Assembly (NCBI GenBank): GCA_918797485.1
Contig: CAKKNE010000006.1
Coordinates: 248,001 to 312,000 of the forward strand
Origin: Pelagomonas calceolata
Lineage: Eukaryota
Direction: 5' to 3'
DNA: 64,000 nt
A program made the position numbers and the translations under genes. The notes beneath the pieces are model-generated. The model had not been told where the DNA came from and ran no database searches. It worked only from the letters and a program-made list of their open reading frames with translations. Positions 20,019 through 30,885 of this stretch are shown here, one piece after another. Numbering within the stretch: position 1 is the stretch's first letter; the number at the start of each line of letters is the position of its first letter.

Positions 20019-20873
20019 TTACTTGTACCCGCTGTGCACCGCCACAACTCCAAAGGTCATGTCCCGCACCGTCGGCGACTTGAACCCCGCCATGGCTAAC
20101 TGCGACAACAGCTCCAGTTGCGACGGGTGTTTTCTGATGGACTCGACCAAATAGTCGTAGGACGCCCTATCATCAGCAACCCGATGACCAATTTCTGGAA
20201 TAATATGCTTCGAGTAGGCGTCATATAAAGCTCGGAGCGGGGCGGGCTCGACCTTACTAAATTCCAAACACTCGAAACGACCTCCTTTTTTGAGTACTCG
20301 CCGCATCTCTCTCAGAGCCGCGTCGATGTCCGTGACGTTCCGCAGACCAAACGAGATCGTAATGACGTCAAAGGTCTCGTCCTCATAGGGTAAGGATTGG
20401 GCGTCGCCGACCTCAAATTGCAGACAGGACGCGTCGATGCCCCTTTGTTGCTGCCGTTCGCGACCAACGCTCAACATCTCCTCGTTCGGATCCGACACCG
20501 TCAAGGGGATGGCACCGTCCTCCTCGAGCGGCGGCAGCCACGCCGCCAGACTCTCGGCCATGCGGAAGGCGATGTCACCCGTGCCACCCGCGACATCTAG
20601 GCATCGCGGCGCCTGGCCCGTCGCCCTCGCTACCGCGGGCAGGTTCAATCGCCCCACGAAGTCGTCCTTCCAGAGCCGGTGCATGCCGCCGGACATCAAA
20701 TCGTTCATGAGGTCGTAGTTGTTCGCTACCGAACTGAAGACGCCTTTGACGAGGCCGGCCTTTTCCTCCGTCGGTACGGTTCTATCGCCGAAGTGCGTCG
20801 TCGTGCTGCTCGCGCTGCTCGACTGGCGTGCCGCGACGGCGCGCGCGTGGCGCGAGGCTTGGCGCATCAGCAT
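20019..20873 (-). CDS. COQ5: 2-methoxy-6-polyprenyl-1,4-benzoquinol methylase (UbiE/COQ5), mitochondrial
   Basis: THFG, VFSSVANNYDLMNDLMSGGMHRLWK, LDVAGGTGDIAF, ISFGLRNVTD, YLVESIR. Confidence 0.96.
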   Translation of the reverse strand: MLMRQASRHARAVAARQSSSASSTTTHFGDRTVPTEEKAGLVKGVFSSVANNYDLMNDLMSGGMHRLWKDDFVGRLNLPAVARATGQAPRCLDVAGGTGDIAFRMAESLAAWLPPLEEDGAIPLTVSDPNEEMLSVGRERQQQRGIDASCLQFEVGDAQSLPYEDETFDVITISFGLRNVTDIDAALREMRRVLKKGGRFECLEFSKVEPAPLRALYDAYSKHIIPEIGHRVADDRASYDYLVESIRKHPSQLELLSQLAMAGFKSPTVRDMTFGVVAVHSGYK

Positions 20874-21033
20874 GGTGATTGAGAGAGCTGCTGGATTGGA
20901 GCTAGCTGGGTGCAGCGACTTCGATCGCTGTTGGCGTTGGTGGCCTGAAAGGGTCGCTTGGCTTCGTTTCTTTGGCTTCAGGCTGCACTCGTACGCTCGA
21001 ACGCGACGACTTGCGCGATGAGGTGTCGAGTTA

Positions 21034-21055
21034 GCTAGCGGTGTAACACACTAGC
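21034..21055 (-). promoter_or_regulatory. Paired-CTAG intergenic motif
   Basis: GCTAGTGTGTTACACCGCTAGC on the minus strand, ~160 bp upstream of COQ5. Confidence 0.55.
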
Positions 21056-21206
21056 AACGTACTAGCCTGAGCCTGAGTGGCGGAGCGGTGTTGCGGCACG
21101 TCCACGTTTGGCGAGCGGTACGAAAGCTAGCTCAAAAGCGACTTTCTCTCTCTCTCACGCCATCGACGCGACGCAGAGCGGCACCGTTTCGTAAGACGAT
21201 TTCATG

Positions 21207-22821
21207 TCACTTACTCCTCGGCGCGCAGAACGCCCCGCGACACCGATAGGTAGTCCGCGCGAGGACCTCGGCCCTATTGGTCTTCGACACCAGACCAGGC
21301 TTCGCCGCGATGGCCCCCATCGATTCCAGCGACTTCTCCGCATCTAGTAGAGTTTGCAAGTCGTCTTTCCGAGGCTTCGGCTGGCCGGCCGGCTCGCCCT
21401 CTTCGGTAAGAAAGGAGAAGGCCCGCCGGAACGACGACGGCCCGGCCTCTATATTGTTTTTGAGGTGCGCGGGCACGACGCGCCTAAAATCCCATTTGCA
21501 GACAGCATCGACCCAGTCCAGCGTCTCCACCGGATTTCTGTTGAGTATGAGCGTCTGGATGATCGGCGCGACCAGTAAAGCATCTTTGCTATCACCAGAT
21601 AAAGCCCGGAACGCTTTCACATCATCCCGCGCCCAGTCCCACGGGTAGATACCGGCAAAGTCCGCATTGACGTCCGGCCGCCGCTCTGACCAGGACTGAG
21701 GTACGGAGTGAATATCAATAGCAGCAGGCATGAAATATAAACCAAAAAGTTGTACTCGGCGCCATCCTTTTCGTAATTGATTCATATCGGACGGGTCGAT
21801 CCTATCAAGAATGCCGTCGCGGGCATGGTAGAGTAAAGGCTTCTTCGCGGCTTCGTCGAGCAGAAAGATCTTCGGGATGTCTGCTGAGACTTGCTGCACG
21901 GCGTCCGTGACGAAAAGAGATTTCGTGGGTTTGTGGAAGAAGGCCGTCTCGCCGTAGGCGCCGTCCCGCGAGATGAAGGGCCCCAAGGTCGCCTGCTCGA
22001 AGTCGTGGGCCCATGGGGTGTCCGCCGACGATGCCTGCGCGGAACGACGCCGTCGCGGAACTCTCCCTGACGAGACGCGTAGACTCCCACGCGGCCACGT
22101 CGACGGCGTCGAGGCGGTGCGGTCTCATGAAGACGCCATCGCCGCGACCCCGGCAAGTTCAAGTTCATTTTTCACGCAGAGTCAGCACCGGTAGGACTCT
22201 CGTCCTTCCGACCGGGAAGCCCGTCAACTCCGGAGGTAGATCAAGAGGAAAGTCGTACTGCCCCGGCTGGAGCCACACTGTCGCCTGGGGAAATTTTTGA
22301 GAGAAGACGCCGGCGTACGTCTTGTGTTCGATGGCTACGGTCCCGAGCACGACGTGCTTGACGGGGCCGTGTTCTCTCTCCAGCGAGCGGACCATGTCCA
22401 AGAGTTCGCGCGTCGCGGCGATCGGGTTCAGGATCCAGAGGCCTCCTCCACTCAATTTCACGATCGACATCCTGACTGGAACTTGCACGTTCAGGATGCC
22501 GAATTTCTGGTCTATGGTCCAGACCTGACCGGGTACGATCGTCTCCAGCGGTGCGGACCGCTTCGCTTTGTACGGTCCCACCGGCAGGACGCCCCACAGG
22601 CCATAATCATACGGTTGAGGCTCGCCGCTCGCCGCGGCGCTCACCGCGAGGAGGCCGCCGCCCACCAGCGCCGCTCGGCGGTCGACTCGTGGTTCGTCGG
22701 GGACGTCGTCGAGCGTGCCCGCGTTTTGGATGGTGCGTCGCTGCGTCTGCGGCTGGCTGATCGGCTGTAAAGCCAACGCACAGCTTGATGCCCATAACAC
22801 AGCGAGGGCGGCGCCACGCAT
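21207..22821 (-). CDS. DUF4336 family protein, probably plastid-targeted (exons 22821-22189, 22034-21207)
   Basis: VWTIDQKFGILNVQVPVRMSIVKL, HGPVKHVVL...EHK, FFHKPTKSLFVTDAV, LLVAPIIQTLILNR, WDFRRVVPAH. Confidence 0.85.
22035..22188 (-). mobile_element. Introner-like intron (GT-AG, 154 nt)
   Basis: GTGCTGACT-CTGCGTGAAA...TTCCGCGCAG degenerate TIR with a CGATGGCG core; restores the frame RVLP|ASSADTPW. Confidence 0.72.
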
Positions 22822-23132
22822 CGCGATTTTCGCTAGGCGTCCGTCCAGAGCAGGGATGTACACGAGAATCCAATTCCTGAGTCGCGTCGGCAGCGTTACG
22901 CGGAGGTAGAGGCCTGATCAAGCAGCCAGGTCACCGCTCTAGTAGGTTACGCTAGACAAGGTCGAAGTTAATGTGGGCGAGGGTAGCTCTCAAGGGCAGA
23001 GCAATTGACGGAGAGACTCACGAGGCGCGCAGAGAGCTCCAAACGCTGCATTATATACCAGCAGCCCCGCGCTTGACCTTTCCGCGATCACAGAGCGATA
23101 AGCACTGCGAGAGCAGCAACTGCAGCGCAACC

Positions 23133-24509
23133 ATGGGCAAGAAGTACAACAAAGGACGAGGCGGCAGCGGCAAACGAGGAGGCCCAAAACACACCGCGAA
23201 GGCCACCGTCAAAAAAGGCTCGAAGGCCCGCCTCGCAAGGTTCGGCAAGATCGCGAAGCAAGGGCAAAGTGGCATCAACAGCGCCTACATGACGCGCGGG
23301 ACCATTCTGAGGAGGCTGCAGCTCACGCTGAAAGATTTTAGACGCCTATGTATCTTGAAAGGAGTGTATCCGCGCGATCCCCCGAAAACGCCCACTGCCG
23401 GTAAAGATAAAGTCTACTACCACGCCTCGGACATCCAGCAGTTGGCGCATGAACCGCTGCTCAAGGAGTTCCGCGACTTCAAGGCCGCCATGGTCAAAGT
23501 CCGGAAAAGCGTGGGCCGGAAGGACATCGATCGGGCAAGATCGAGGTACGAAGAGGCGCCCCAATACGATGTACATCATCTAGTGAAAGAAAGGTACCCG
23601 ACCTTCGATGCGGCATTAGCTGATCTAGATGACGCCTTATGCACGATCGCGCTGTTCGCGACTCTACCAGCCGCGGGTCGCGTCTCGCCGGAACACACGT
23701 CAGAAAGCAAGAAAGTACTAAAGTGGTGGCAGCAGTACGTCGCGCATTCCCACTCCCTGCAGAAGGGCTTCATCAGTGTGAAGGGCGTGTACTTCCAGGC
23801 TTCTATCCAGAAACATACGGTGACGTGGTTGGTGCCACATAGCTATACGCAGGACGTGCCTAAAAAAGTGGACTTTAGGGTCATGCTTACCTTTTTGGAG
23901 TTCTATACCGCTTATGTGAAATTTGTACTTTATAAGTTGTACAAGGAGTCTGGTCTAGCCTTTCCGCCCGCTACGGCAGACACGACGTCGCAGTTCTTCG
24001 AATTAGTTGGGAGTGACCACGAGGGCCCGTTGTCCGGTTTATCTTTGTCTTTGCGGCGGGAGGCGTCCTATTCTTGGCTCGACTTCGCGGCTTGTAGTGC
24101 CGGTGCTCGAATTGTTGATGAAGCGGAGTGTACGCATATCGTAGCTGATCGAGTTCTGAAAGATATTGATAGCAATAAGGAGCACGTCCAGCCCCAGTGG
24201 GTCATCGACTCCTTGAATGCGGGCCGGGCGAAGCCCTGCGCGCCGTATCAACCGGGTGGTAGTGCGCCGCCGCATTTGTCACCGTTCGTCGAAGCCGACG
24301 ACGAGGAGGATAGTGATAGTGAGGACGAGGCCGACGCGCCGCCTTCACCAAAACCGGAAAAGGAGGCCAAGGACATGGCGAAGATGCTCATGTCGAAGAA
24401 GGCCAAAAGATTGTATGGCAGGATGCAGCACGGCCGCGAGCGCAAGCAGGCCGCCGTCGCGAGATTACGGAAAAGGAGGGAATTGCTGGCCGCGCGTTCT
24501 AGGCAGTAG
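23133..24509 (+). CDS. PES1: Pescadillo homolog (60S biogenesis, BRCT domain)
   Basis: LQLTLKDFRRLCILKGVYPR, ERYPTFDAALADLDDAL, VDFRVMLTFLEFY, QPQWVIDS, PPHLSPF. Confidence 0.96.
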   Translation: MGKKYNKGRGGSGKRGGPKHTAKATVKKGSKARLARFGKIAKQGQSGINSAYMTRGTILRRLQLTLKDFRRLCILKGVYPRDPPKTPTAGKDKVYYHASDIQQLAHEPLLKEFRDFKAAMVKVRKSVGRKDIDRARSRYEEAPQYDVHHLVKERYPTFDAALADLDDALCTIALFATLPAAGRVSPEHTSESKKVLKWWQQYVAHSHSLQKGFISVKGVYFQASIQKHTVTWLVPHSYTQDVPKKVDFRVMLTFLEFYTAYVKFVLYKLYKESGLAFPPATADTTSQFFELVGSDHEGPLSGLSLSLRREASYSWLDFAACSAGARIVDEAECTHIVADRVLKDIDSNKEHVQPQWVIDSLNAGRAKPCAPYQPGGSAPPHLSPFVEADDEEDSDSEDEADAPPSPKPEKEAKDMAKMLMSKKAKRLYGRMQHGRERKQAAVARLRKRRELLAARSRQ

Positions 24510-24810
24510 TAAGGGGGAACTCTGTGAATCTACGCGACTAGTTACCGGCAAGTAGAAGAGCACCTGCTCGCGGCGCGCGCGTGACGGCGTTGGCGGCGCG
24601 GAGCCTTCCTCAAGGTATCGCGTTGATGGCGTAGAAGTGGTGTGTGCCGCCTCCTCCACGCTATCGAGCAGACGCAGCGCCAGAGACATCGTCGCGTCGA
24701 CGGCATGGACTGGCTGCGGTGACGCGTCGACTCGCGAGCCGTCTCGCCGTCGAGCCTGAGGCAGTACTAGTAAGGAGGAACTCTGTGAATTTTACGCGAT
24801 CGAGAGATAA

Positions 24811-25941
24811 CTACTTCGCGGCGAATAAAGTCTTCTTCTTCAGGGGTGACGGCGACCGGTTCTTGACGGGCGTGCGACCTTTGGGGACGGGTTGTGGGCT
24901 TCTAGGACCGTCGATGCGCACGCTCAGCAAATGAATCGCCTCCTCCGCGGCCATGACGGACCAGTGGCCCGAGAAGGGATCTGATAAATCGCGCAACACG
25001 AAATAGAAGAGCGCCGTCGCGGCGACGCCGGACGCAAAAACCACGGCTTCGACCCACTCGTTGTCTAGACTTACAAGTGAGAAGGACGCGCCGATGAAGA
25101 GGGCTAACGTTTCTAGCGTGCGCCATTGTAATAACGGTAAATCGGCGTTGATATTCGAGATTCTTTTCGCGGCGCACCGGTGCACGTCTCGTAACGTTTG
25201 ATGCACCGCAGCGGCGGCGCTTTCCGAGGTGATGGGCCCGTCGGCTACTAGTCGCAGTAAGTCGCCTAGTTTGACGGTCTTGCCACCAATATCAAGCTCA
25301 ACAATCAGTGTAGCCGCATTCGAGAGACCGCCCGCCAACAGGTGGTCCGCGTAGGCCTTGATCATGCGCTCGCCGGACCGTAGAGCCCGTTCGTCCGCCA
25401 GCGTCGCGCCCAGCGTCTCCCAGAGCCGCCACAACGCCACTGATTCTTCGAACGCGGCGTCCTGAATCGCGCCTTGTCTGGCAAAATAGTACTCGTAGGT
25501 CTGGCCGATCATCACCGAAAAGACGAGGCCGACGACGGCCTGCATGACGCCGAAGCCGTCGCCATCGATCGTCTGGAGCCCATAGTATGTTTTTAATGGT
25601 GTCGCGAGCTGCTTGTGTGTTATTAAGGTAATAACGAACAGGAGCAGAATCCGCACGAACAAGTTCTTGACGATGTCCGGGTCGTAGATCATCCTGTATA
25701 AATTGGGTGGGGCCGGTCTCGAATGCTGCTTGCTGGGGCTGCCGGGCGTCGCGAAGGACACGGCCGGCGGCGGCAGCGCGAGGGGCGGGGGCTCGGGATC
25801 GGTGGTGCGCATGGGGCTGCCCCGGGGGGCGCGGGTCGGTGCTGCGGGGGGCGCGCGACCGGTTGGGCCGCCTCGCTGCCTTGTCAAGCCAGCGGGAGCA
25901 CCAGTTGCGGCGCGGGGCTGCCTCCTCCTTGCAAATGGCAA
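24811..25941 (-). CDS. DUF4239/bestrophin-like membrane protein (first in-frame ATG near 25812)
   Basis: Several TM helices; VGLVFSV...Q.AI..AAFEE and DLSDPFSGHWSV. Confidence 0.65.
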   Translation of the reverse strand: MPFARRRQPRAATGAPAGLTRQRGGPTGRAPPAAPTRAPRGSPMRTTDPEPPPLALPPPAVSFATPGSPSKQHSRPAPPNLYRMIYDPDIVKNLFVRILLLFVITLITHKQLATPLKTYYGLQTIDGDGFGVMQAVVGLVFSVMIGQTYEYYFARQGAIQDAAFEESVALWRLWETLGATLADERALRSGERMIKAYADHLLAGGLSNAATLIVELDIGGKTVKLGDLLRLVADGPITSESAAAAVHQTLRDVHRCAAKRISNINADLPLLQWRTLETLALFIGASFSLVSLDNEWVEAVVFASGVAATALFYFVLRDLSDPFSGHWSVMAAEEAIHLLSVRIDGPRSPQPVPKGRTPVKNRSPSPLKKKTLFAAK

Positions 25942-26279
25942 GCAAGCAGAATCAATAAATCTCGCGCTAGCTAGAAAACCGGTCGTCCCACGCGTGATTC
26001 GTCTGTGACGCCTCGGTGAGGCGTTGCTATCGAGTCCCCGGCGGGGCTACGTTCAAATTTCATATTCGAGCGGGTTTCGCGGGGGGTTTGGCCGTCAAAA
26101 CATCGTTTGCGTCGCGCATTGCTGCCCGCGTGACGCATACGCGCATACGTTCCCAAGCTCGCACGCCGCGGCTGCCCGACGCCGTCGCTGCAGCAGAGCC
26201 ACCCAGAACGGCTGCCCAAAGCTGAGCTGGGCCCAAAGCTGAGCCGGGCTGTCACAAAGCTGCCCGAGGCAGAGCAGCC

Positions 26280-27473
26280 ATGGTGAAAGCCGGCGTACCT
26301 GGCGCTACTTATCAGTGGTCCAGTCAAGCCGCCTTCACGAAGATCGAGCGCCTCACGCCCCGCGTCTGGCGCGTGGAAGCGGACGACGAGTCGTGCACCT
26401 ATGTCATTGTCGGTACGGAGCAAGTGGTGCTGGTGGACGGCTATGCTTCAGCTTACGGCCCCTGGGTCGACAGCTTCTTGAAAGCGGCGCTGCCTCACGC
26501 ATCGAAGCTGCCGCGGTTGTGCGTCAACACGCATCGCGAGCGCGCCGGCGGCAACGCATCTTTACAAAAACTCGGCGTGGAGGTCGCGGCTTCAGCAAGG
26601 CCTAGACCGGCGGCCCAACATACCTTCGAGCCCTACACTATTGATCAGTGGCTCCACAACGAGGAGGCCATTGATCTAGGTGATGATCACCAACTGAAAG
26701 TGCTCCAGACGCCGGGGTACACACCAGACTCATTGTGTCTCTGGTATGCGGAGGACCAGATCCTCTTCACGGGCGCCACGATCATTGCATCCGAGGGGGA
26801 AGACACCGAGGCGCTGCACCGGTCCGCGACATTACTACAAACCACGTATCGCGGGCGCGTCGCCAAGCAGCAGACGCATGAGAGGAAGGCGGCATCAATA
26901 CCAAAGCCGACGCCAAAGAAGAAGTCGCTCTGGGGCACACTGAGAGGGGCCACGTCGTTGCTCCGGTCGGGTTCGAAGCAGCGCCTCGACGAGTTGCCGA
27001 CGCCCTCGAAGACCACCAAGTACCGGACGACGCGCGACCACCGCGCGCGGCTCGTCGCCTTCTACGAGAAATATGACCCCTCGAAACTAAGTTCGGTCGA
27101 TGCCGTGTTAGAGGCTTGTGCGGGCAGCGAGGTTGATATGTGGAAATTGTTGCGGGCGACGTACGAGCCCATCCAGGAGGAGGCGAAGGAGGCGCCTCGG
27201 GTAAGGGTGCGCGCCGACGCGGCTTCGGAAGCATCGAGCTTGTTCGATCTGCGCGACTCGCTTAGTCGATTGGCCTTCGTCGCCGAGGACGTCAAAAAAG
27301 TATGTGGAGGCCGCGGCCCGGTGCTCGGACGCGACGCTCTCGTAGATTTACTGAAGCTCGTCGAGGACGCCGTCACGCGCAAGGTGAAGCCTGTCGAACG
27401 GAGCGCTGGGATCGTGTTCTTCGAGCGAGGGGACGCGTCTTTTAGAGCGAGGGCCTACGAGCTCCAGATGTGA
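26280..27473 (+). CDS. Metallo-beta-lactamase-fold protein with degenerate metal ligands and an IQ-motif insert
   Basis: YVIVGTEQVVLVDG, VNTHRERAGGN, LKVLQTPGYTPDSLCLW, ILFTGAT; IQ-like LLQTTYRGRVAK. Confidence 0.72.
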   Translation: MVKAGVPGATYQWSSQAAFTKIERLTPRVWRVEADDESCTYVIVGTEQVVLVDGYASAYGPWVDSFLKAALPHASKLPRLCVNTHRERAGGNASLQKLGVEVAASARPRPAAQHTFEPYTIDQWLHNEEAIDLGDDHQLKVLQTPGYTPDSLCLWYAEDQILFTGATIIASEGEDTEALHRSATLLQTTYRGRVAKQQTHERKAASIPKPTPKKKSLWGTLRGATSLLRSGSKQRLDELPTPSKTTKYRTTRDHRARLVAFYEKYDPSKLSSVDAVLEACAGSEVDMWKLLRATYEPIQEEAKEAPRVRVRADAASEASSLFDLRDSLSRLAFVAEDVKKVCGGRGPVLGRDALVDLLKLVEDAVTRKVKPVERSAGIVFFERGDASFRARAYELQM

Positions 27474-27601
27474 CCCTCGCGCCCTCCTCTCGCGGCGACG
27501 CGCTGTCGGCGACCCTCGCGCTGTCGCGGCGATGGCGTCACGCTCGCGCCGCCGATGCGACCGGGAAAGTAAGAATGGTGTGTGTCTTAGATCCCCCAGA
27601 C

Positions 27602-28981
27602 CTACTTGCCGATCGATACCAGCCCGCCGCCCCCGTCCACGGCCACGACGCCCTGCGCGTCCGTGAGGAAGCACGCACCAATTGAACTCGTTTCGACCGA
27701 CACTAGGTCAGACCAGGGCTTGACCTCGCGCACGACCACATTAGTAGTGGTACTCACGACTAAGTACTTGCCCGAAGAATCGAACGCCACGGAAGCACCC
27801 GCACCGTCAACCTGGAAGCTTTTCAGTTCTTTGAGCTTCCGCAGGTCCCAGAGCTTCACCGTACCCCCTTCGTCACACGACGCGAGGTGGTAGCCGTTCT
27901 CCGAGAAAGCGACAGATGATATGGGTGCCGAGTGCCCGTCGAAGGCGTGCACGGGCTTCTGGTCCTTCACCTCCCAGACTTTCACTCTGTGAGCACCATT
28001 CGTCGAAATTGCAGCAGCCACGATCATCCCATCAGGGTGAAATTTGATGGAAGAGGTCGCCGCGTCTCCGGGGTCGACCGAACTTTCAGCCAGTACCGTT
28101 TTGGCTTCCAACGAGATCAGGGACCAGGCACCCGTAGCTTTGAGGGCCACGGCATATTTACCGGTGTTGTGCGCGTCGACACTTTGGTACGTGCCTTGAA
28201 TGGTCCCTTGCTCCTCCATACTTGATGAATAAATAGTGATGTTGTCACCACACGTTAGTAACCCTTGGGGCAGGAAGCAGGCGCCTGAGGTCGGTTTGTC
28301 CACGACCAAAGGTTTTTTCGCCGAAGAGCAGTAGGCAATGCCCTGCGGGCCCCAGACTAATGTGGAGCCGGACTTGACGTCGTGGGCCAGACCCGACGCG
28401 CTTCCGAGGACCTTGGCGGGCTTTTGCGGAGACCAGGTCTTGATTTGAGATGCGGATGCCAATTGCGCGGGAGCTTTTCTCTTCTTTCGCGTCTTCGACG
28501 TCGCCTTCCAGTAGTCTTGCAGACAAGCGTAGGCCTGCTCCAAGGCGGCCTGGTCGACCTGCTGCGTGACTACTACTCCTTGACCTGATCTAGCCAGTGC
28601 CAATGCATCATCACGCTCTTTCGTTAATCTCGCTATGACTCTACAAGCGGCGTCGTGCTGGTATAAAGCGTGGGAGAGTTCTCGCCGCGTCGCGTGCAAT
28701 TGCTTTCGTGTCGCGTGGCTTTCGACGACCAAGTCGTCCCACTCGTTCTGGAACATCGCGAGCATAGCTGGTAAAGATGTGGCCGAGAGCGGTCTTGGCC
28801 TCTGGGCCAGGTCGCAGGCGACCGGGAGCAGGTCTTCCGGTTTTAATTCTTCTCCGGTCACGGGGCACCGGTTCTCAGACGCTTGGAGTGCCTTTTCGAT
28901 TAAACGTCTCTCGAACAGGTGGCCGGTCTTCCGGCTCACGACGGGTTGCTGGGGGACCTCGCCGGAGATGGCGCAGTACAT
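27602..28981 (-). CDS. PRPF19: Pre-mRNA processing factor 19 (U-box plus WD40)
   Basis: MYCAISGEVP, FERRLIEK, FQNEWD, RRELSHALYQHDAACRVIARL, FSENGYHLAS, KLWDLRKL. Confidence 0.97.
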   Translation of the reverse strand: MYCAISGEVPQQPVVSRKTGHLFERRLIEKALQASENRCPVTGEELKPEDLLPVACDLAQRPRPLSATSLPAMLAMFQNEWDDLVVESHATRKQLHATRRELSHALYQHDAACRVIARLTKERDDALALARSGQGVVVTQQVDQAALEQAYACLQDYWKATSKTRKKRKAPAQLASASQIKTWSPQKPAKVLGSASGLAHDVKSGSTLVWGPQGIAYCSSAKKPLVVDKPTSGACFLPQGLLTCGDNITIYSSSMEEQGTIQGTYQSVDAHNTGKYAVALKATGAWSLISLEAKTVLAESSVDPGDAATSSIKFHPDGMIVAAAISTNGAHRVKVWEVKDQKPVHAFDGHSAPISSVAFSENGYHLASCDEGGTVKLWDLRKLKELKSFQVDGAGASVAFDSSGKYLVVSTTTNVVVREVKPWSDLVSVETSSIGACFLTDAQGVVAVDGGGGLVSIGK

Positions 28982-29570
28982 CTTATTGGCTGTTGTTTTT
29001 TTGTGTTTAAGAGGGCGCGCGGCGCTCGCTGGCGCTTTGGGCTGAGGCGGCGACGGCCCTGTTACGGGCCCTGGCGCACCGAGCGATGCGAGGCGCTAGT
29101 GTTTTGAGACAAGCGACACTCCAGGCAGTATATTAGTAACGTAGCACGGTCAGCGCGACCACAGGGACTACACGCTGCAAAAAAAAAACCTGTTTTGCTT
29201 CAATTTGTTTCGGGGGGTCCGGGGAAAGTCGTTCTTATTTTTCCATTTCTCTGATACTGCGTCAATGGAACGTCAATGGATTGCTACATCAAAATAGCAG
29301 CTTCTTTTAATGGGACGGGTTTCACCTCAGCTGTTCCTCTTCTTCGGGCCGTATTGTCCTACGGCGCCCACCGTGCACCGCCTCGAGCCTCTTCGCGCGT
29401 CGTGTGTCATAGCGGGAGGCGAAACGCACGAACGGACACCGCGTTTTGGCGGCTATCTGATGAGCACACGGGCTAATTCTTCACTTTACCTAGTCTTGCG
29501 TTATAGCGACCCCGCGCCGTGTTGCCGGGGATCCCTAGCTCGACGTCGTCAAAATGGTTTGGCGTGCTTT

Positions 29571-29595
29571 GCTAGTGTGTTACAGGCCTCTTAGC
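29571..29595 (+). promoter_or_regulatory. Paired-CTAG intergenic motif (variant)
   Basis: GCTAGTGTGTTACAGGCCTCTTAGC, ~195 bp before the ATG at 29790. Confidence 0.5.
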
Positions 29596-29789
29596 TAATC
29601 GCGGCCTTGGATGCGAGGCGTTTCCTCCGCGCCCAGGCACATTTTGGACGCGCCAGAGCATTTCGGGGCCACGTTGCATTGGCAAGAAAGCATAGAAGCA
29701 GCCACGGCCACTGCCGCCCGCGGTTCCCGCTCCTTGGCCAGACCGAAGACAGAACACCAAAACGCCATCGCCGCGGCGCACCCGCACCC

Positions 29790-30692
29790 ATGGACGCCGC
29801 CGTCGACCGCCCCAACGCCCTGCGCACGACCACGAGCGGCACGGACGACGCCGGCCGCGACCCCATCGTTCTGGGAGACACGATCACGCCCGCCCAAACA
29901 CCGGCCCCGAACACGACGGGCCTGACGCCGCGTTTAGGAGCTGCCGTCATCGCGCCGGGCCTCCAGCTGCCCGAGCTCACGCTGACACAACCACCAGAGC
30001 AGAGGCCGCGTTGCGGCTCGGAAACCGATGGCATGAAGCGCGTCCGGTCCAAAAATGTTTTAGGAGACGCCCCGAAGGCGCCGCGCGTCGACCTACAGGA
30101 GGACGCGCCGACGGCGCGGCGGCGCGCCGAGTCCTTGCACGAGCAGCCGTCCCTGAATTTTTTTGAGGAGCCGACGCGGAGCGGGTACACGCCGGAGAAG
30201 GAGACGAGGGAGCGGTCCTCGACGCAGGAGCTGACTGATGATCAGCAGGACGAGTCGGATAGTGACAGTTCGGACGACGACGCGGCCATCGCGTGGCTAC
30301 AACGGCAAAAACGCCCGTCGGCGACGCCGTCCAAAAGATCGTCCGCGGGTTCGAGGAGGCGGTCCTCGGCGTCGCAAGCCCTGTCGCCGCCGCCACCGCC
30401 GCCGCCGCCCCAGCCCGAGAGTCCTACTCTACCCGGCTTCTCGCGGAAGACGCGCGAGTCCGAAAGTGCCAGGAAGGAACGCGCCGCGCAGCGGCCGGCG
30501 CCGTCGCCGAAGCCGCCGCCGCCGCCCCGAAGCGAGTCGAGCGACGACGGCGGCCTCGACGACCTCCAGGCCATCCACACGGCGCCGCGTTCGCGGGAAA
30601 AGCACTCGCGTAGTCACTCGCAAGGCGTCGCGCGGGCGATGGCCATCGCGAAGCGGAACGGGCAGCGGTCGGCGTCGCGTGGTGGGGGGTAA
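29790..30692 (+). CDS. Hypothetical low-complexity Ser/Pro/Arg-rich protein
   Basis: Open frame from the ATG at 29790, GC3-rich codons. Confidence 0.55.
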   Translation: MDAAVDRPNALRTTTSGTDDAGRDPIVLGDTITPAQTPAPNTTGLTPRLGAAVIAPGLQLPELTLTQPPEQRPRCGSETDGMKRVRSKNVLGDAPKAPRVDLQEDAPTARRRAESLHEQPSLNFFEEPTRSGYTPEKETRERSSTQELTDDQQDESDSDSSDDDAAIAWLQRQKRPSATPSKRSSAGSRRRSSASQALSPPPPPPPPQPESPTLPGFSRKTRESESARKERAAQRPAPSPKPPPPPRSESSDDGGLDDLQAIHTAPRSREKHSRSHSQGVARAMAIAKRNGQRSASRGGG

Positions 30693-30720
30693 CTCTATCG
30701 CGTCGTATTGCGTCGAGTGT

Positions 30721-30744
30721 GCTAGTGTCTTACCGGTCGCTAGC
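30721..30744 (+). promoter_or_regulatory. Paired-CTAG intergenic motif
   Basis: GCTAGTGTCTTACCGGTCGCTAGC, ~140 bp before the ATG at 30886. Confidence 0.55.
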
Positions 30745-30885
30745 TTCGCGGCTTTGAACTTTTGAGACCGCCGCGCTGACCGCATTTGTGCCCAACGCCG
30801 GCGGAGACAACCGGCAGCGCTCTAAATCCAATCGCTGCACTGCGCTGCGGCGCTGAACGAGCATCCGTGCGAAGTGCACAACACA

